Virus record (IMG/VR): IMGVR_UViG_3300037502_000458
Coordinates: 1-54,099 of that record
Source: a virus
Taxonomy: Duplodnaviria; Caudoviricetes
DNA: 54,099 nucleotides
Strand: one strand, 5' to 3'
Part shown: positions 45,237 through 53,732 of the stretch, one piece after another
Numbering within the stretch: position 1 is the first letter of the stretch
How the letters are laid out: each line of letters opens with the position of its first letter
Translations under genes and position numbers: made by a program
The notes under the pieces: generated by a model
The model's input: the letters and a program-made list of their open reading frames with translations, nothing else
The model's database searches: none
What the model was told of the DNA's origin: nothing

Positions 45237-45524
45237 CTAGGGGGCATTCCCGAGCAACTGCCTAACCTCAGTCAGCAAATCTGCTTCCGTGAACCCCCAG
45301 TGCTTCACGAATCCCTTGGTTCCCAAACCATGAACTCCGGTGTTGCCACGGTGATGTTCGGGGCAGAGCGGTAAGACATAGTAGTTGCTGGCCCTCTTGC
45401 CCATGCCTGTACCGGAGCGGGGGTGGTGCAGTTCTGCTGGAGTTCCGATATAGCCCATCCTCCGGCAGACGATGCAGCCAAGTTCTGCTACCCGGCTCAT
45501 GTGACGCTTCTCGTCTTTGGTCAA
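45237..45524 (-). CDS. Ref-like (recombination enhancement) HNH-type nuclease
   Basis: LGCIVC...AELHH...LPLCPEHHRG..GVH. Confidence 0.8.
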   Translation of the reverse strand: MTKDEKRHMSRVAELGCIVCRRMGYIGTPAELHHPRSGTGMGKRASNYYVLPLCPEHHRGNTGVHGLGTKGFVKHWGFTEADLLTEVRQLLGNAP

Positions 45525-46189
45525 AACAACATCTCCTGACCTGCTTTCACCGCCCATCGGTTAATAGGATTCTTCCCGTTAACTCTCTTGGCAAGGCACC
45601 CGGCGCAATAAGGCTTGATGGCATGGTTCACCGCTACGTTTGTGCTGTCGGCACTTGCAAGCGGCCAACCGTCTTGTCCGAGCATCCTCAGACCATGCAC
45701 CCAAGGAAGCCTGCCAAACGTGCTCAGAGCATTGAACGCCTCATCCATACGTCTGGCCCACCGATCACTACCAACCTGCCAGTAATCGCCAGCTGATCCA
45801 AAACAGACCCTTCCCCAGTCGTCACATAGCTCCAGAAGATAGTCAATCGACAGACCTAGATGCCAAACCGGAATGCCCAATGACTTTGGGAAAGGCCAAG
45901 TCTTAACCATCTTCCGCTGCTGCTCTACAGGGCCATCAATCACATCAGGCACTACCGCCCAGTGCGGAGGATTCAATAACGGATCCACCCATTCATAAAA
46001 GCCTTCCAAATCAAATGGGACACCTCTGGTCTTGCAACTAAAGGCTCCATTGTCAAACATGATGCTTTGTCCGATCTCCAAACACCGGCTTAGAGAATCG
46101 GGTCGAGCATAACTCACACAGAAGTGCTGACCAACCATTGACTCTAACGCCGACTTTGGGGTGATTGGCGTACCGTGATAGTGAATCAT
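45521..46189 (-). CDS. TGT/DpdA-like transglycosylase-fold protein
   Basis: MFDNGAFS, VPDVI, IPVWH, VCFGS, VHGLR, SADST in TGT-family order. Confidence 0.6.
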   Translation of the reverse strand: MIHYHGTPITPKSALESMVGQHFCVSYARPDSLSRCLEIGQSIMFDNGAFSCKTRGVPFDLEGFYEWVDPLLNPPHWAVVPDVIDGPVEQQRKMVKTWPFPKSLGIPVWHLGLSIDYLLELCDDWGRVCFGSAGDYWQVGSDRWARRMDEAFNALSTFGRLPWVHGLRMLGQDGWPLASADSTNVAVNHAIKPYCAGCLAKRVNGKNPINRWAVKAGQEMLF

Positions 46190-46650
46190 TTTCTAAATAT
46201 CCACGACCACATCAATCCGCCAATCGTTTTTGCCGCAAATTGCAACAACACAATTACAGGCATTAACGATCCAAACGCTATGGTTGGGAACACAATTGAA
46301 TCCACTAATGCGCCTGATGCGTTGCTAGCATTAGATTTGATCATCCAAGGTTTGTGCCTTAAATAGTGATACACCAAGGCATCAACCACTCCGGCTATAA
46401 CAAACGCCGCTACCGAAGCAATAGCAATCTTTCCCGAAGCAGGATTCAAAATAAAAGATATCAACCCAGCACTAGCAATCAACCCAAACATTCGTAGCCA
46501 AACTTTGTCTTGCCACCTTTCGTGAAGTTTGTCTCGGATCACCAAATCCAACCCTATCAAAAAGAAAGCATTGATTGGACTGAACCACGGACCTAACCAA
46601 GCAACCAAGAGATTTGCCGCCACCAAAGCGGAGATATATGCGATAACCAT
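46186..46650 (-). CDS. VUT/YhhQ-family queuosine-precursor transporter
   Basis: Multi-TM; AANL, LVIRDKLHE, IAIASVAAF, SNASGALVDSIVFPTIAFG, QFAAK. Confidence 0.8.
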   Translation of the reverse strand: MVIAYISALVAANLLVAWLGPWFSPINAFFLIGLDLVIRDKLHERWQDKVWLRMFGLIASAGLISFILNPASGKIAIASVAAFVIAGVVDALVYHYLRHKPWMIKSNASNASGALVDSIVFPTIAFGSLMPVIVLLQFAAKTIGGLMWSWIFRK

Positions 46651-46659
46651 TGTTTTCTC

Positions 46660-46989
46660 CTAAAGAGTTACAGACACCTGTGATCTGGCGGTAGCTTGTT
46701 CTGTTCTCCAGACATCCACTCTCATCCTTGCGGCCTCTAAGAGCCACTTCAACTCTTCTTCCTGTTTTGTGGCTTCTTTGATTCCTTTCAGGATCTCAAG
46801 GTAGTCAGGGTCGCTGTAGGCTTCTCGCTCTTGAGCGTTCACCGCTTCATAACCTCTGGCTAAAGCATCTTTCATCAACAACGCTTTCTTCGATTTACGG
46901 AACTCTTCAAGATATAGCCTGTTAGCTTTAGCTTGTGCGTACTTCACCGAGTTTTGAATGATGTAGTCAATCGCTTTGTGCGGGTCCAT
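46660..46989 (-). CDS. conserved coiled-coil hypothetical protein
   Basis: YAQAKA..LEEFRKSKKA...QEREAY...DVWRT. Confidence 0.75.
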   Translation of the reverse strand: MDPHKAIDYIIQNSVKYAQAKANRLYLEEFRKSKKALLMKDALARGYEAVNAQEREAYSDPDYLEILKGIKEATKQEEELKWLLEAARMRVDVWRTEQATARSQVSVTL

Positions 46990-47338
46990 TTTGTTCCTCG
47001 ATATAAACTTTCAAATAGCCCCCAATGTAATCACCCCAATAGATTCTCAAATCCTGAATCTGAGAATCATCTCCCCAAACTCCTGCTTTCGTTAATGAAT
47101 CCAAAGTACCTTTCAAAAGATTATCTAAGTCTCTCTTTCTCTTATCAGGACGATAAGCAATAATCGTAACAATTAAAGGTTTTGATAAGTTTCTAGCTAC
47201 GTTCTGAATCAAAACCTGTTCCTGAACCGCTTTGTGATACTCCCTCCCCTTCGCACTTAAAATCCAACGGTTCTTGAAGATCCTCCACATACTTCCTACT
47301 GATGGAGGCCAAGGTAAGGTTATTTCTAAACGGTTCAT
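46967..47338 (-). CDS. rusA: RusA-family Holliday junction resolvase
   Basis: LPWPPS, PDKRKRDLDNLLK..LDSL, DDSQI. Confidence 0.9.
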   Translation of the reverse strand: MNRLEITLPWPPSVGSMWRIFKNRWILSAKGREYHKAVQEQVLIQNVARNLSKPLIVTIIAYRPDKRKRDLDNLLKGTLDSLTKAGVWGDDSQIQDLRIYWGDYIGGYLKVYIEEQNGPAQSD

Positions 47339-47541
47339 TCAGTTCTCCAATCCCCGCCTTCTGCTCTGTTTCCTAACTTCCATTGCCGAACTACGTCCCT
47401 CTCCAGTATTGAGTTCGGGTGATTCTTGTTCCACAGTTTCATCCATTCGTGCGCCCCTGTTCTGTCTTCTATTCTCTTCTTTATAACCCAGCGTACTAGA
47501 CACTGGTGCCTAAACTCGTCAGGACCTTCCCCTTCCTTCAA
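47335..47541 (-). CDS. hypothetical protein
   Basis: RHQCLVRW...QWKLGNR; ATGA-coupled. Confidence 0.7.
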   Translation of the reverse strand: MKEGEGPDEFRHQCLVRWVIKKRIEDRTGAHEWMKLWNKNHPNSILERDVVRQWKLGNRAEGGDWRTE

Positions 47542-48539
47542 AACTCTCCCCCGTCATCAAAAGCCATGGGAACACCGTTGTATGAATCAATGAACTGCTG
47601 AGAATCTTTGTGATACCAAAGAAAGAACCAGTCCTCTGATTCCCCGTTCCTTTGTTTCTCGCACATCAACATCGCATCACAGTCTTCAGGATTAACATCT
47701 TTCCCAGATTGAATGGCGTGTTCTTTCTTTTTGTTCCGCCACATCATCAGAACATTGTCTACCTGATCTGCTATAGCTCCGGTTCCTTTTATGTCGTTCT
47801 TGTTAGGTTGAACTTCTTCGCTTTGAAGTTTTCGGATGTGATGAACCAAATGAACATGAACGTTGTGGTCTCTGGCTACCGCAGTAATCTCATCCACAAA
47901 AGACTTCTGGGCGTTGTAATCATCTTCACCCGGAACACACTTCATCAACGAATCAATGAAAATATGTTGAACCTTCAATTCAACCGCGCAGTATCTAGCC
48001 ATAGCAATAACTTGATGGCTGGACGTTGTTCCTTGTTGATCGTATAAAAACAATCGTGAATCACAGAACCCTTCAAACCGATTCGCAAGACCAGTGATCA
48101 TGGTTTCTTTGTTTGCAAAGAACGGATTCTCGATGTTCTTACCTGAGAACTGTCGCAACATACGATAGATCGTTCTTTTGGGCTTCATCTCGAAACTGGC
48201 AATACAAACCGCTTGGTCTTGTTTAATCAACCCTAAAGCGATCTGTCCAGTTATCAAAGACTTTCCACCTCCGTTTGATCCAGCGTACAAAGTAACTTCA
48301 CCCGGACGGAATCGAAATGAGTTCTTTGAAACCTGCCACGGCATCGTTTGGTTGATCTCTACCCTTTGGGGGTCCTGAATCTCCTTTCGGATTTCATCAA
48401 GGTACAAACTGGCTTCGTGAACCTTGTGAGTAACGTCCGTAGCTTTGAGGTACTTTTCTACGTCAATCTCTTCAGACCTCAGTAAACGGATCTTCCGCTC
48501 TCTGTCTACAAGTTCTGCTCGGGCTTGAATGTCAAACAT
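47538..48539 (-). CDS. SF4 (DnaB-like) replicative helicase
   Basis: FRPGEVT, Walker A GSNGGGKS, SFEM, IFIDSL, LVHHIRK, IKGTGAI, KQRNG. Confidence 0.9.
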   Translation of the reverse strand: MFDIQARAELVDRERKIRLLRSEEIDVEKYLKATDVTHKVHEASLYLDEIRKEIQDPQRVEINQTMPWQVSKNSFRFRPGEVTLYAGSNGGGKSLITGQIALGLIKQDQAVCIASFEMKPKRTIYRMLRQFSGKNIENPFFANKETMITGLANRFEGFCDSRLFLYDQQGTTSSHQVIAMARYCAVELKVQHIFIDSLMKCVPGEDDYNAQKSFVDEITAVARDHNVHVHLVHHIRKLQSEEVQPNKNDIKGTGAIADQVDNVLMMWRNKKKEHAIQSGKDVNPEDCDAMLMCEKQRNGESEDWFFLWYHKDSQQFIDSYNGVPMAFDDGGEF

Positions 48540-48939
48540 ATCTGGTCGCCTCATCAATCCGCTCATATGCCAATCTCATCCGCTCTCGGTCACTCTCCGA
48601 AGGGTTTTTACCTTCCGCTATGTCAAGGGCTACGATCTGGACAACTAGAGCCTCGAAAGCAATGATCTTCAAAAGGTCTGAGGAGTAGAAGGGACGCTTC
48701 AACGACGGTTTGGAGGTTTCTACGCCTTCTGTTGGGGGGAACAAATCCCCGAGGCTCATCCCAACAGATTCGACGATCTGGTGAACGTCACACCCCGCGA
48801 AGCAGTGGAGGAGGATCGTCCCATCAGACTCGCGGATCGCCAGCGAGGGCGAGCGGTCGGGGTGGGCGGGGCAGCGGGCCGTGTATGACCCTTTAGAACC
48901 CCTCACTCCTTTAAGACGATCCAGTAGGGTCTCAATCAT
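48532..48939 (-). CDS. primase-type Zn-finger protein (no TOPRIM domain)
   Basis: CPAHPDRSPSL...LHCFAGC. Confidence 0.8.
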   Translation of the reverse strand: MIETLLDRLKGVRGSKGSYTARCPAHPDRSPSLAIRESDGTILLHCFAGCDVHQIVESVGMSLGDLFPPTEGVETSKPSLKRPFYSSDLLKIIAFEALVVQIVALDIAEGKNPSESDRERMRLAYERIDEATRYV

Positions 48940-49631
48940 GATCGACTCCTGTACCAAGGAACCTCCGGTTCGGACTTCTTACCTTCACGTTCCAAGTACC
49001 ACTTGGCGTTAAACCCCTGCCAATTTCTCTCAAGGGCGTAGGAAATTGCTTCCTCAAGACTGATCCCAGCTTCTTCAGCCTGTTTCCTATAACGGTCCAT
49101 CACCGTCACGGTAACAACTGCCTTCTTCTCCTTCCTAGCCTTTAGGAAGTCCTCCCATACCTGTTCCGATACATCTTCAGGTCTTGGGAAGGAGGCTTCT
49201 TTCTTCTTTGGTTCTTGGTTATTGGTTAACGGTTTACGGTTTGCATTAGGGGGTTCATAGGGTGGCGATAGGGGGGCTATACCCTCCCCATGCCCACCCT
49301 TAGCCCACCTTATAGCCGCCCCTTTCTTCCCCCCTTCCCTCATGTCTTGAAACTTAACGATTTCTTCATCGCATCGTTTCATTCTCCAAGAATTGTCAGG
49401 GACACCCCCTCCCCCCTCCTCCTTCTGGAAAAATTCTTCTAGGATGGTGGCGACGGCCTTCGTCTGGTCTCGCAAACGGATCTGTCGAGCCAGATGTTCA
49501 GGGGTTCCCTTGAGGGGTTCTTCGTGGAGGTAGTACAGGTCTATCAACCGCCTGTAGACCAGATCCTCCATGGGCGACAGGTGCGCTGTATGAGCGTAGT
49601 AGTCGCCGATATGAAACATGAACTTATGCAC
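48936..49631 (-). CDS. DUF1376/YdaU-family replication initiator
   Basis: FHIGDY..TAHLSPMEDLVYRRLIDLYY; C-terminal WEDFLKARK...NWQGF; GTG start at 49631. Confidence 0.8.
   Translation of the reverse strand: MHKFMFHIGDYYAHTAHLSPMEDLVYRRLIDLYYLHEEPLKGTPEHLARQIRLRDQTKAVATILEEFFQKEEGGGGVPDNSWRMKRCDEEIVKFQDMREGGKKGAAIRWAKGGHGEGIAPLSPPYEPPNANRKPLTNNQEPKKKEASFPRPEDVSEQVWEDFLKARKEKKAVVTVTVMDRYRKQAEEAGISLEEAISYALERNWQGFNAKWYLEREGKKSEPEVPWYRSRS
49208..49320. repeat. iteron-like repeats, probable replication origin
   Basis: 11-bp repeats ATAGCCCCCCT/ATCGCCACCCT/ATGAACCCCCT facing inverted copies, then AACC-containing 7-mers. Confidence 0.65.
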
Positions 49632-49635
49632 AACA

Positions 49636-49769
49636 CAATCCTCTCTGGCGGACAGCCTCAGGGTGAGAATTCCGAGGCGGGCCACCCCATTGCAGGGCTG
49701 ATGTTCGGGCCTGAGGCCGTCCAACAGAAAGGACTGCTTCAAACCCACCTTACGCGCCTCTCACAGCGC
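49636..49769 (-). ncRNA. C4-like antisense RNA with upstream target sites
   Basis: Stem CAGTCCTTTCTG..GGACGGCCTCAGG / CCTGAGGCTGTCC..CAGAGAGGATTG; GCCCGCC and TCTCAC complementary to upstream GGTGGGT and GTGAGA. Confidence 0.75.
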
Positions 49770-49810
49770 CCCCCAGTTCAGGACGGGAGCATCCTTGCGT
49801 GAATCCTACA

Positions 49811-50128
49811 TCAAGCCTTTGGTGGCCGTCCACCCTTGGCTCCATTTTTTTTGTTCAGAGCCGCCTTCTTGGTCCACTTCTCCAAGTCAATCTGTAGTGC
49901 ATCGTTCACATACCCCTCTGGAGTAGCCCTGAAGTAGTCTCTGAGAACAGGTTCGATACAGTCCCAATCCAAACCTACTTGTTGTTCCAATTCGTAATGA
50001 TCCAGAGTCAGAGGACCTTCCCTCATGTAATACAAATCAATCATTCTTCTAAAAGCCAGATCCTCTGCGTCAGGTAACTCTTTAGTAGTTTGGAGATACT
50101 CAGCGACGTTGAACTTATACCATTTCAT
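49811..50128 (-). CDS. short DUF1376/YdaU paralogue
   Basis: MKWYKFNVAEY...EDLAFRRMIDLYY...NGAKGGRP. Confidence 0.8.
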   Translation of the reverse strand: MKWYKFNVAEYLQTTKELPDAEDLAFRRMIDLYYMREGPLTLDHYELEQQVGLDWDCIEPVLRDYFRATPEGYVNDALQIDLEKWTKKAALNKKNGAKGGRPPKA

Positions 50129-50390
50129 GAGGTACGTCCCTCCATTCAGCTTCTACATAAACAGTATGTTCATCCTTAATAGTTTCTTTCATCCATTTCT
50201 GTTGGAGAATCTTTTCCAACTTGGTGTTTATAAACTGATGATCGACTTCAACATTCGTCTTTCGGGTGATGAATCGCAGTTCATTGGTTGCTTTCCACAT
50301 AACTTCTTCCTTATATAAAGGTATCCATCCCTTGTGAGATTCAAATCTGATCCGTCCACTGAAGGGATGGTAGTAAAGAAACGGTTTCAC
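50115..50390 (-). CDS. hypothetical protein
   Basis: Coupled ORF; LRF...ILQQKW...EWRDVP. Confidence 0.6.
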   Translation of the reverse strand: MKPFLYYHPFSGRIRFESHKGWIPLYKEEVMWKATNELRFITRKTNVEVDHQFINTKLEKILQQKWMKETIKDEHTVYVEAEWRDVPHEMV

Positions 50391-50605
50391 GGGTTTCCAT
50401 CAGAGACAGAACCATTGATTCCTCGGGACCACAGCATCATGACTTCAGGCTTGGCTCCCATGGCAATCAATTCTAGTTCCGAGTATCGGTCTTTAACTTT
50501 GGGATAACCGGGACCTACATAAATGTTGTGATTTCTATAGTGAGGAAGGAAAGTTACTTCATTCAACCGATAGACTTTGGTTTGAAACTTTTCTGCCATT
50601 TCCAT
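50387..50605 (-). CDS. hypothetical protein
   Basis: Coupled ORF. Confidence 0.65.
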   Translation of the reverse strand: MEMAEKFQTKVYRLNEVTFLPHYRNHNIYVGPGYPKVKDRYSELELIAMGAKPEVMMLWSRGINGSVSDGNP

Positions 50606-50606
50606 G

Positions 50607-50864
50607 TTAGTTCCTTTGTGATGGGATTCGATTCAAGATTGCTTCAGATGCGTCTTTCAGAGAAGTACCTTCAGGAAGGTTTGAAACAACTTCTGCACAA
50701 GCCTGTCGTTCAATCATTACCGCCTTCCTACTCGTTTCTATAGCTATCGCCATGATCTCTGCTTTGGCCTGAGCTAAGGATTCATCAAACTCCTTTTGTG
50801 TGTACAGAGTTTGTCCAGTTCCTCCTAGCAAGAATCGCTTTTGAAAGTCCGACAGTTCAACCAT
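50607..50864 (-). CDS. hypothetical protein (ERxACA motif)
   Basis: AAGGAG SD; ERQACA. Confidence 0.7.
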   Translation of the reverse strand: MVELSDFQKRFLLGGTGQTLYTQKEFDESLAQAKAEIMAIAIETSRKAVMIERQACAEVVSNLPEGTSLKDASEAILNRIPSQRN

Positions 50865-51099
50865 GGTTCTTCTCCTTTAGTTTCGCCTCTGCCCAACGTG
50901 CGCCGAGGATAAAGTCTCGGTTCCCAAACTCATGATCTGGAAGTTCGTCGAAGTTCAGCCCGACCCACATACGTTTAGCTTCGGTTTCGGCTCCAGCGGC
51001 AAAAGCGGTTTCCATGTCGTACTTCGTAAACATAGGTTCATCGCCAAGGTCACCGTCGCGATATGCTTTAGGTAACCACTCCCAAAAGTCTTCAACCAT
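50857..51099 (-). CDS. hypothetical protein (WVGL...KLKEKN family)
   Basis: C-terminal motif shared with neighbours. Confidence 0.7.
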   Translation of the reverse strand: MVEDFWEWLPKAYRDGDLGDEPMFTKYDMETAFAAGAETEAKRMWVGLNFDELPDHEFGNRDFILGARWAEAKLKEKNHG

Positions 51100-51532
51100 C
51101 GTTCTTCTCCTTTAGCTTTTCTTCGATGGCGCGTTCATACCCCCAGTCGCCTGATATGCACTCACCGAATTGGTTGTGGTGTTGTACATAGATCGCGTTA
51201 ATCTCCTCATCCGTCAGCCCGGCCCATTTCCTTTTGATTCCTGCCAAATCCAAATCTAGCCGCATCAGGCCATCAAGAATCTCTTGATCTTCGGGTGCCC
51301 AGTGCTCTGGATATGCTTGCTTGACGGTATCGATGAAGTCCCACGCGCGGCGCAGTAGTTCGACCTTATTACTAGGAGGTGCATTTTTTGGAAAAGCCCC
51401 GCGTTTTTGTACTTCTTCCATCAATTGTTTGTAGGTCATTTCTATCCATTCACCCGGCTTTGGGCACTTGCAGGTGCTTGCCGTTCCAAGCTTCCAGCGT
51501 TCGCCGCAGGCATTACACTGACCGTAGAACAT
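51092..51532 (-). CDS. hypothetical protein (N-terminal CxxC; WAGLTDEE...KLKEKN)
   Basis: Shared C-terminal motif; AAGGAG SD. Confidence 0.7.
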   Translation of the reverse strand: MFYGQCNACGERWKLGTASTCKCPKPGEWIEMTYKQLMEEVQKRGAFPKNAPPSNKVELLRRAWDFIDTVKQAYPEHWAPEDQEILDGLMRLDLDLAGIKRKWAGLTDEEINAIYVQHHNQFGECISGDWGYERAIEEKLKEKNDG

Positions 51533-52304
51533 CGTTCTTCTCCTTTAGCTTTGCTTCAAGGTAGCGAGCAAACTGTTGACACCAATCGTCCGGGTCGGTG
51601 TTCCAGTCGTTTGGGGTTTCGTACTCGACATGGCAAAACCCCTCATGTACCTCCTCATCCGTCAGCCCGACCCATTGGCGCGGCGCTGCTTTCGGCTTGT
51701 ATTCAAACATCGCCTTGTCCCACTCGTTTCGCCACCGCATAACTCGTTCCATAACGCGGTCACGATCCAAGCGATCATCGTCGTCAACCTCCATGCAGGT
51801 TAGTTCAGCGGTCAGTTTCATGGCTGCGGTATTGACGGCTTTCAATACGCCTTGAGTGATTGCCGCTTGCGCTTCAACATTCGCGCAAAGTGTGGCTACG
51901 TCGTGCAGCCGCTGTTCCGTCCGTTTAAGTTCAGCTCTCAGCCGTTGCTGCTCATCCAGCATTTCAGCGAATTTTTCGTCGTATGCTTTTACCGTGTCCC
52001 AGTCAGGCTTGAATTCATTGATTGATTGTGGTGCGGTGTACAGCGGCGTTCCGATTGGCGGTACATAGCTGATGTAGTCAACCTCGCCACGCTCATTCAG
52101 AACTTCGCCTACCGGCTCCTGCTTCCCTGCCTGCTCGATGGCAGCGCGGAGTGCATCAAACGCTTCGTGCCATCGTTGCTGAATAGGGCATGGCTCTCCG
52201 ATTTCGTGGCGATCTTTCTTTTGGTGATGCGCCGCTTCGCAAATCAAATCAGCCCCAATCAATCCCATGACCTCCAGCGCCTGCTTCATGACCGCGATGC
52301 TCAT
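51513..52304 (-). CDS. hypothetical protein (QEPV..PLYTAP; WVGLTDEE...KLKEKN)
   Basis: Mosaic phage accessory motifs. Confidence 0.7.
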   Translation of the reverse strand: MSIAVMKQALEVMGLIGADLICEAAHHQKKDRHEIGEPCPIQQRWHEAFDALRAAIEQAGKQEPVGEVLNERGEVDYISYVPPIGTPLYTAPQSINEFKPDWDTVKAYDEKFAEMLDEQQRLRAELKRTEQRLHDVATLCANVEAQAAITQGVLKAVNTAAMKLTAELTCMEVDDDDRLDRDRVMERVMRWRNEWDKAMFEYKPKAAPRQWVGLTDEEVHEGFCHVEYETPNDWNTDPDDWCQQFARYLEAKLKEKNDVLRSV

Positions 52305-52528
52305 GGCGCGTACCCATCCGAAATGACTTTTGCTTTGGCTTCTTCTATCGCGCCAATCAACATCAGCCGATCAGGCACCATAGACGTTTTGATTTTGAAC
52401 TGACCGCGATCTTTCCAGAACGACAGAATAATCACCGTGTCTGGGCTCTCTTCCATCACCTCTTGTAGCGCCTCTTGTGCGGCTTCTTTGTACTGGTTGG
52501 GAATGTCTACGGGTTTGATGTTAGCCAT
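52301..52528 (-). CDS. hypothetical protein
   Basis: ATGA-coupled ORF. Confidence 0.6.
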   Translation of the reverse strand: MANIKPVDIPNQYKEAAQEALQEVMEESPDTVIILSFWKDRGQFKIKTSMVPDRLMLIGAIEEAKAKVISDGYAP

Positions 52529-52529
52529 G

Positions 52530-52610
52530 TCACATACCCCCAATTCGATGGCCTACAAAAAAACACATCACCCCAATCAGGGTGACAGTCGCCCAATGTA
52601 GTTCAACCAT
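52530..52610 (-). CDS. 26-aa hydrophobic peptide (MVELHWATVTLIGVMCFFVGHRIGGM)
   Basis: Read manually; GGAG SD; same ATGGTTGA junction as two other genes. Confidence 0.5.
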   Translation of the reverse strand: MVELHWATVTLIGVMCFFVGHRIGGM

Positions 52611-52830
52611 GATTTTTCTCCCGCCACTTAAATCCTAGAATCCAACTCATCATCTTGCGATGGAACCAATTAGGCCGACTATATGCCGCAAACATGGTGG
52701 CGTAGGCCTCTTCTTGGCACGGCAATACCCAGTATCCACGAATCGGCGGTGGAGCTTTGATTGCATACGCGCCATCTGCGATATACAGCTTGTTTGTTTC
52801 TATGTTCTGGAAGTTGAACTCGCTGGTCAT
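52603..52830 (-). CDS. hypothetical protein
   Basis: RPNWFHRKMM..LGFKW motif; GAGGT SD. Confidence 0.65.
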   Translation of the reverse strand: MTSEFNFQNIETNKLYIADGAYAIKAPPPIRGYWVLPCQEEAYATMFAAYSRPNWFHRKMMSWILGFKWREKNHG

Positions 52831-52831
52831 C

Positions 52832-53200
52832 TCACACCTCAACCCGTTCTGTGATTTCAATAATCCGCGCTTGTAGACGGACGACATGACCATTCAGCGA
52901 TTGCAATCCGTTGAACAACGCAGATGAACCGAAGGGTTGCTTCTGAATTCCGGGGGCTTGTTCTTGTGGCGCAGGAGGAACCTCTTGCAGAACAGGAGAA
53001 AGTTTTGATTCAAGCTGGAAGATGTGATCCTGCAATACCGCAAGCTGTTTATCCAAGATGTTCATCTGTACAACTATAGGCGGGTCTTGTTTGGTCTTTT
53101 CAGCGTATGCAGTTCCGATACTTGCCTTTGATTCGTTCATCTCTTTCTCCTGTTTCATTCTGGCTGACCACTGTTCGTATTCGTGCATTGACATGCTCAT
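52832..53200 (-). CDS. coiled-coil hypothetical protein
   Basis: Coupled ORF. Confidence 0.65.
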   Translation of the reverse strand: MSMSMHEYEQWSARMKQEKEMNESKASIGTAYAEKTKQDPPIVVQMNILDKQLAVLQDHIFQLESKLSPVLQEVPPAPQEQAPGIQKQPFGSSALFNGLQSLNGHVVRLQARIIEITERVEV

Positions 53201-53484
53201 CTTTCACCTCGGGATCGGATGGCGGCGGTAGCTTCTAGGTATGTCTTGGCGTTGAACGCAATTTGAGCGCACGCCTCTCGTTCGGCCTTGACCGCCTCCC
53301 GCACCGCTACACACGCAGGACGCTGGCACTCAGCGTGGCAGGTGTGAATGCCGTCGTAGGACAGATGCTGTGCGACAAGTGCGGCGAAGCGTTCGGCAAA
53401 GTAAACAAACTCCTCGCTGGGCCTGTAGTTGAACTGAATTCCTTCAGCCTCTCGCGCCATGCGGATGATGTCGTCTCGGTTCAT
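53197..53484 (-). CDS. hypothetical protein (MNRDDIIRMAREA...EREACA...AIRSRG family)
   Basis: Recurrent phage accessory motif. Confidence 0.75.
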   Translation of the reverse strand: MNRDDIIRMAREAEGIQFNYRPSEEFVYFAERFAALVAQHLSYDGIHTCHAECQRPACVAVREAVKAEREACAQIAFNAKTYLEATAAIRSRGER

Positions 53485-53732
53485 TTCTCACCTCGTGTTT
53501 TTAAGATTTCTTGCAACTCGCTCGCCAGATCCCAACGGCCTTGAACGTACTGACTGACCGATCCGACGCGAGTGAGACGAACAATCTCTTGATTGAGCAC
53601 TTTCCTCTCGGACTGCTGACCCATTTCGTATGCCTCCCGCCAGAACTTCTCTAATCCTTGTGCGTTAAAGCACCAACCAGCGATCATTGATCCGTACTTC
53701 TCAGCGCGATTGAGGATTTCGTCTCGGGTCAT
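53481..53732 (-). CDS. hypothetical protein (MTRDEILNRAEK...)
   Basis: Similar start and end to the neighbouring gene. Confidence 0.6.
   Translation of the reverse strand: MTRDEILNRAEKYGSMIAGWCFNAQGLEKFWREAYEMGQQSERKVLNQEIVRLTRVGSVSQYVQGRWDLASELQEILKTRGEK

Noticed and set aside
49632-49748. N-terminal extension of the initiator ORF
   Set aside because: Overlaps the C4-like stem; the DUF1376 pattern begins at 49631
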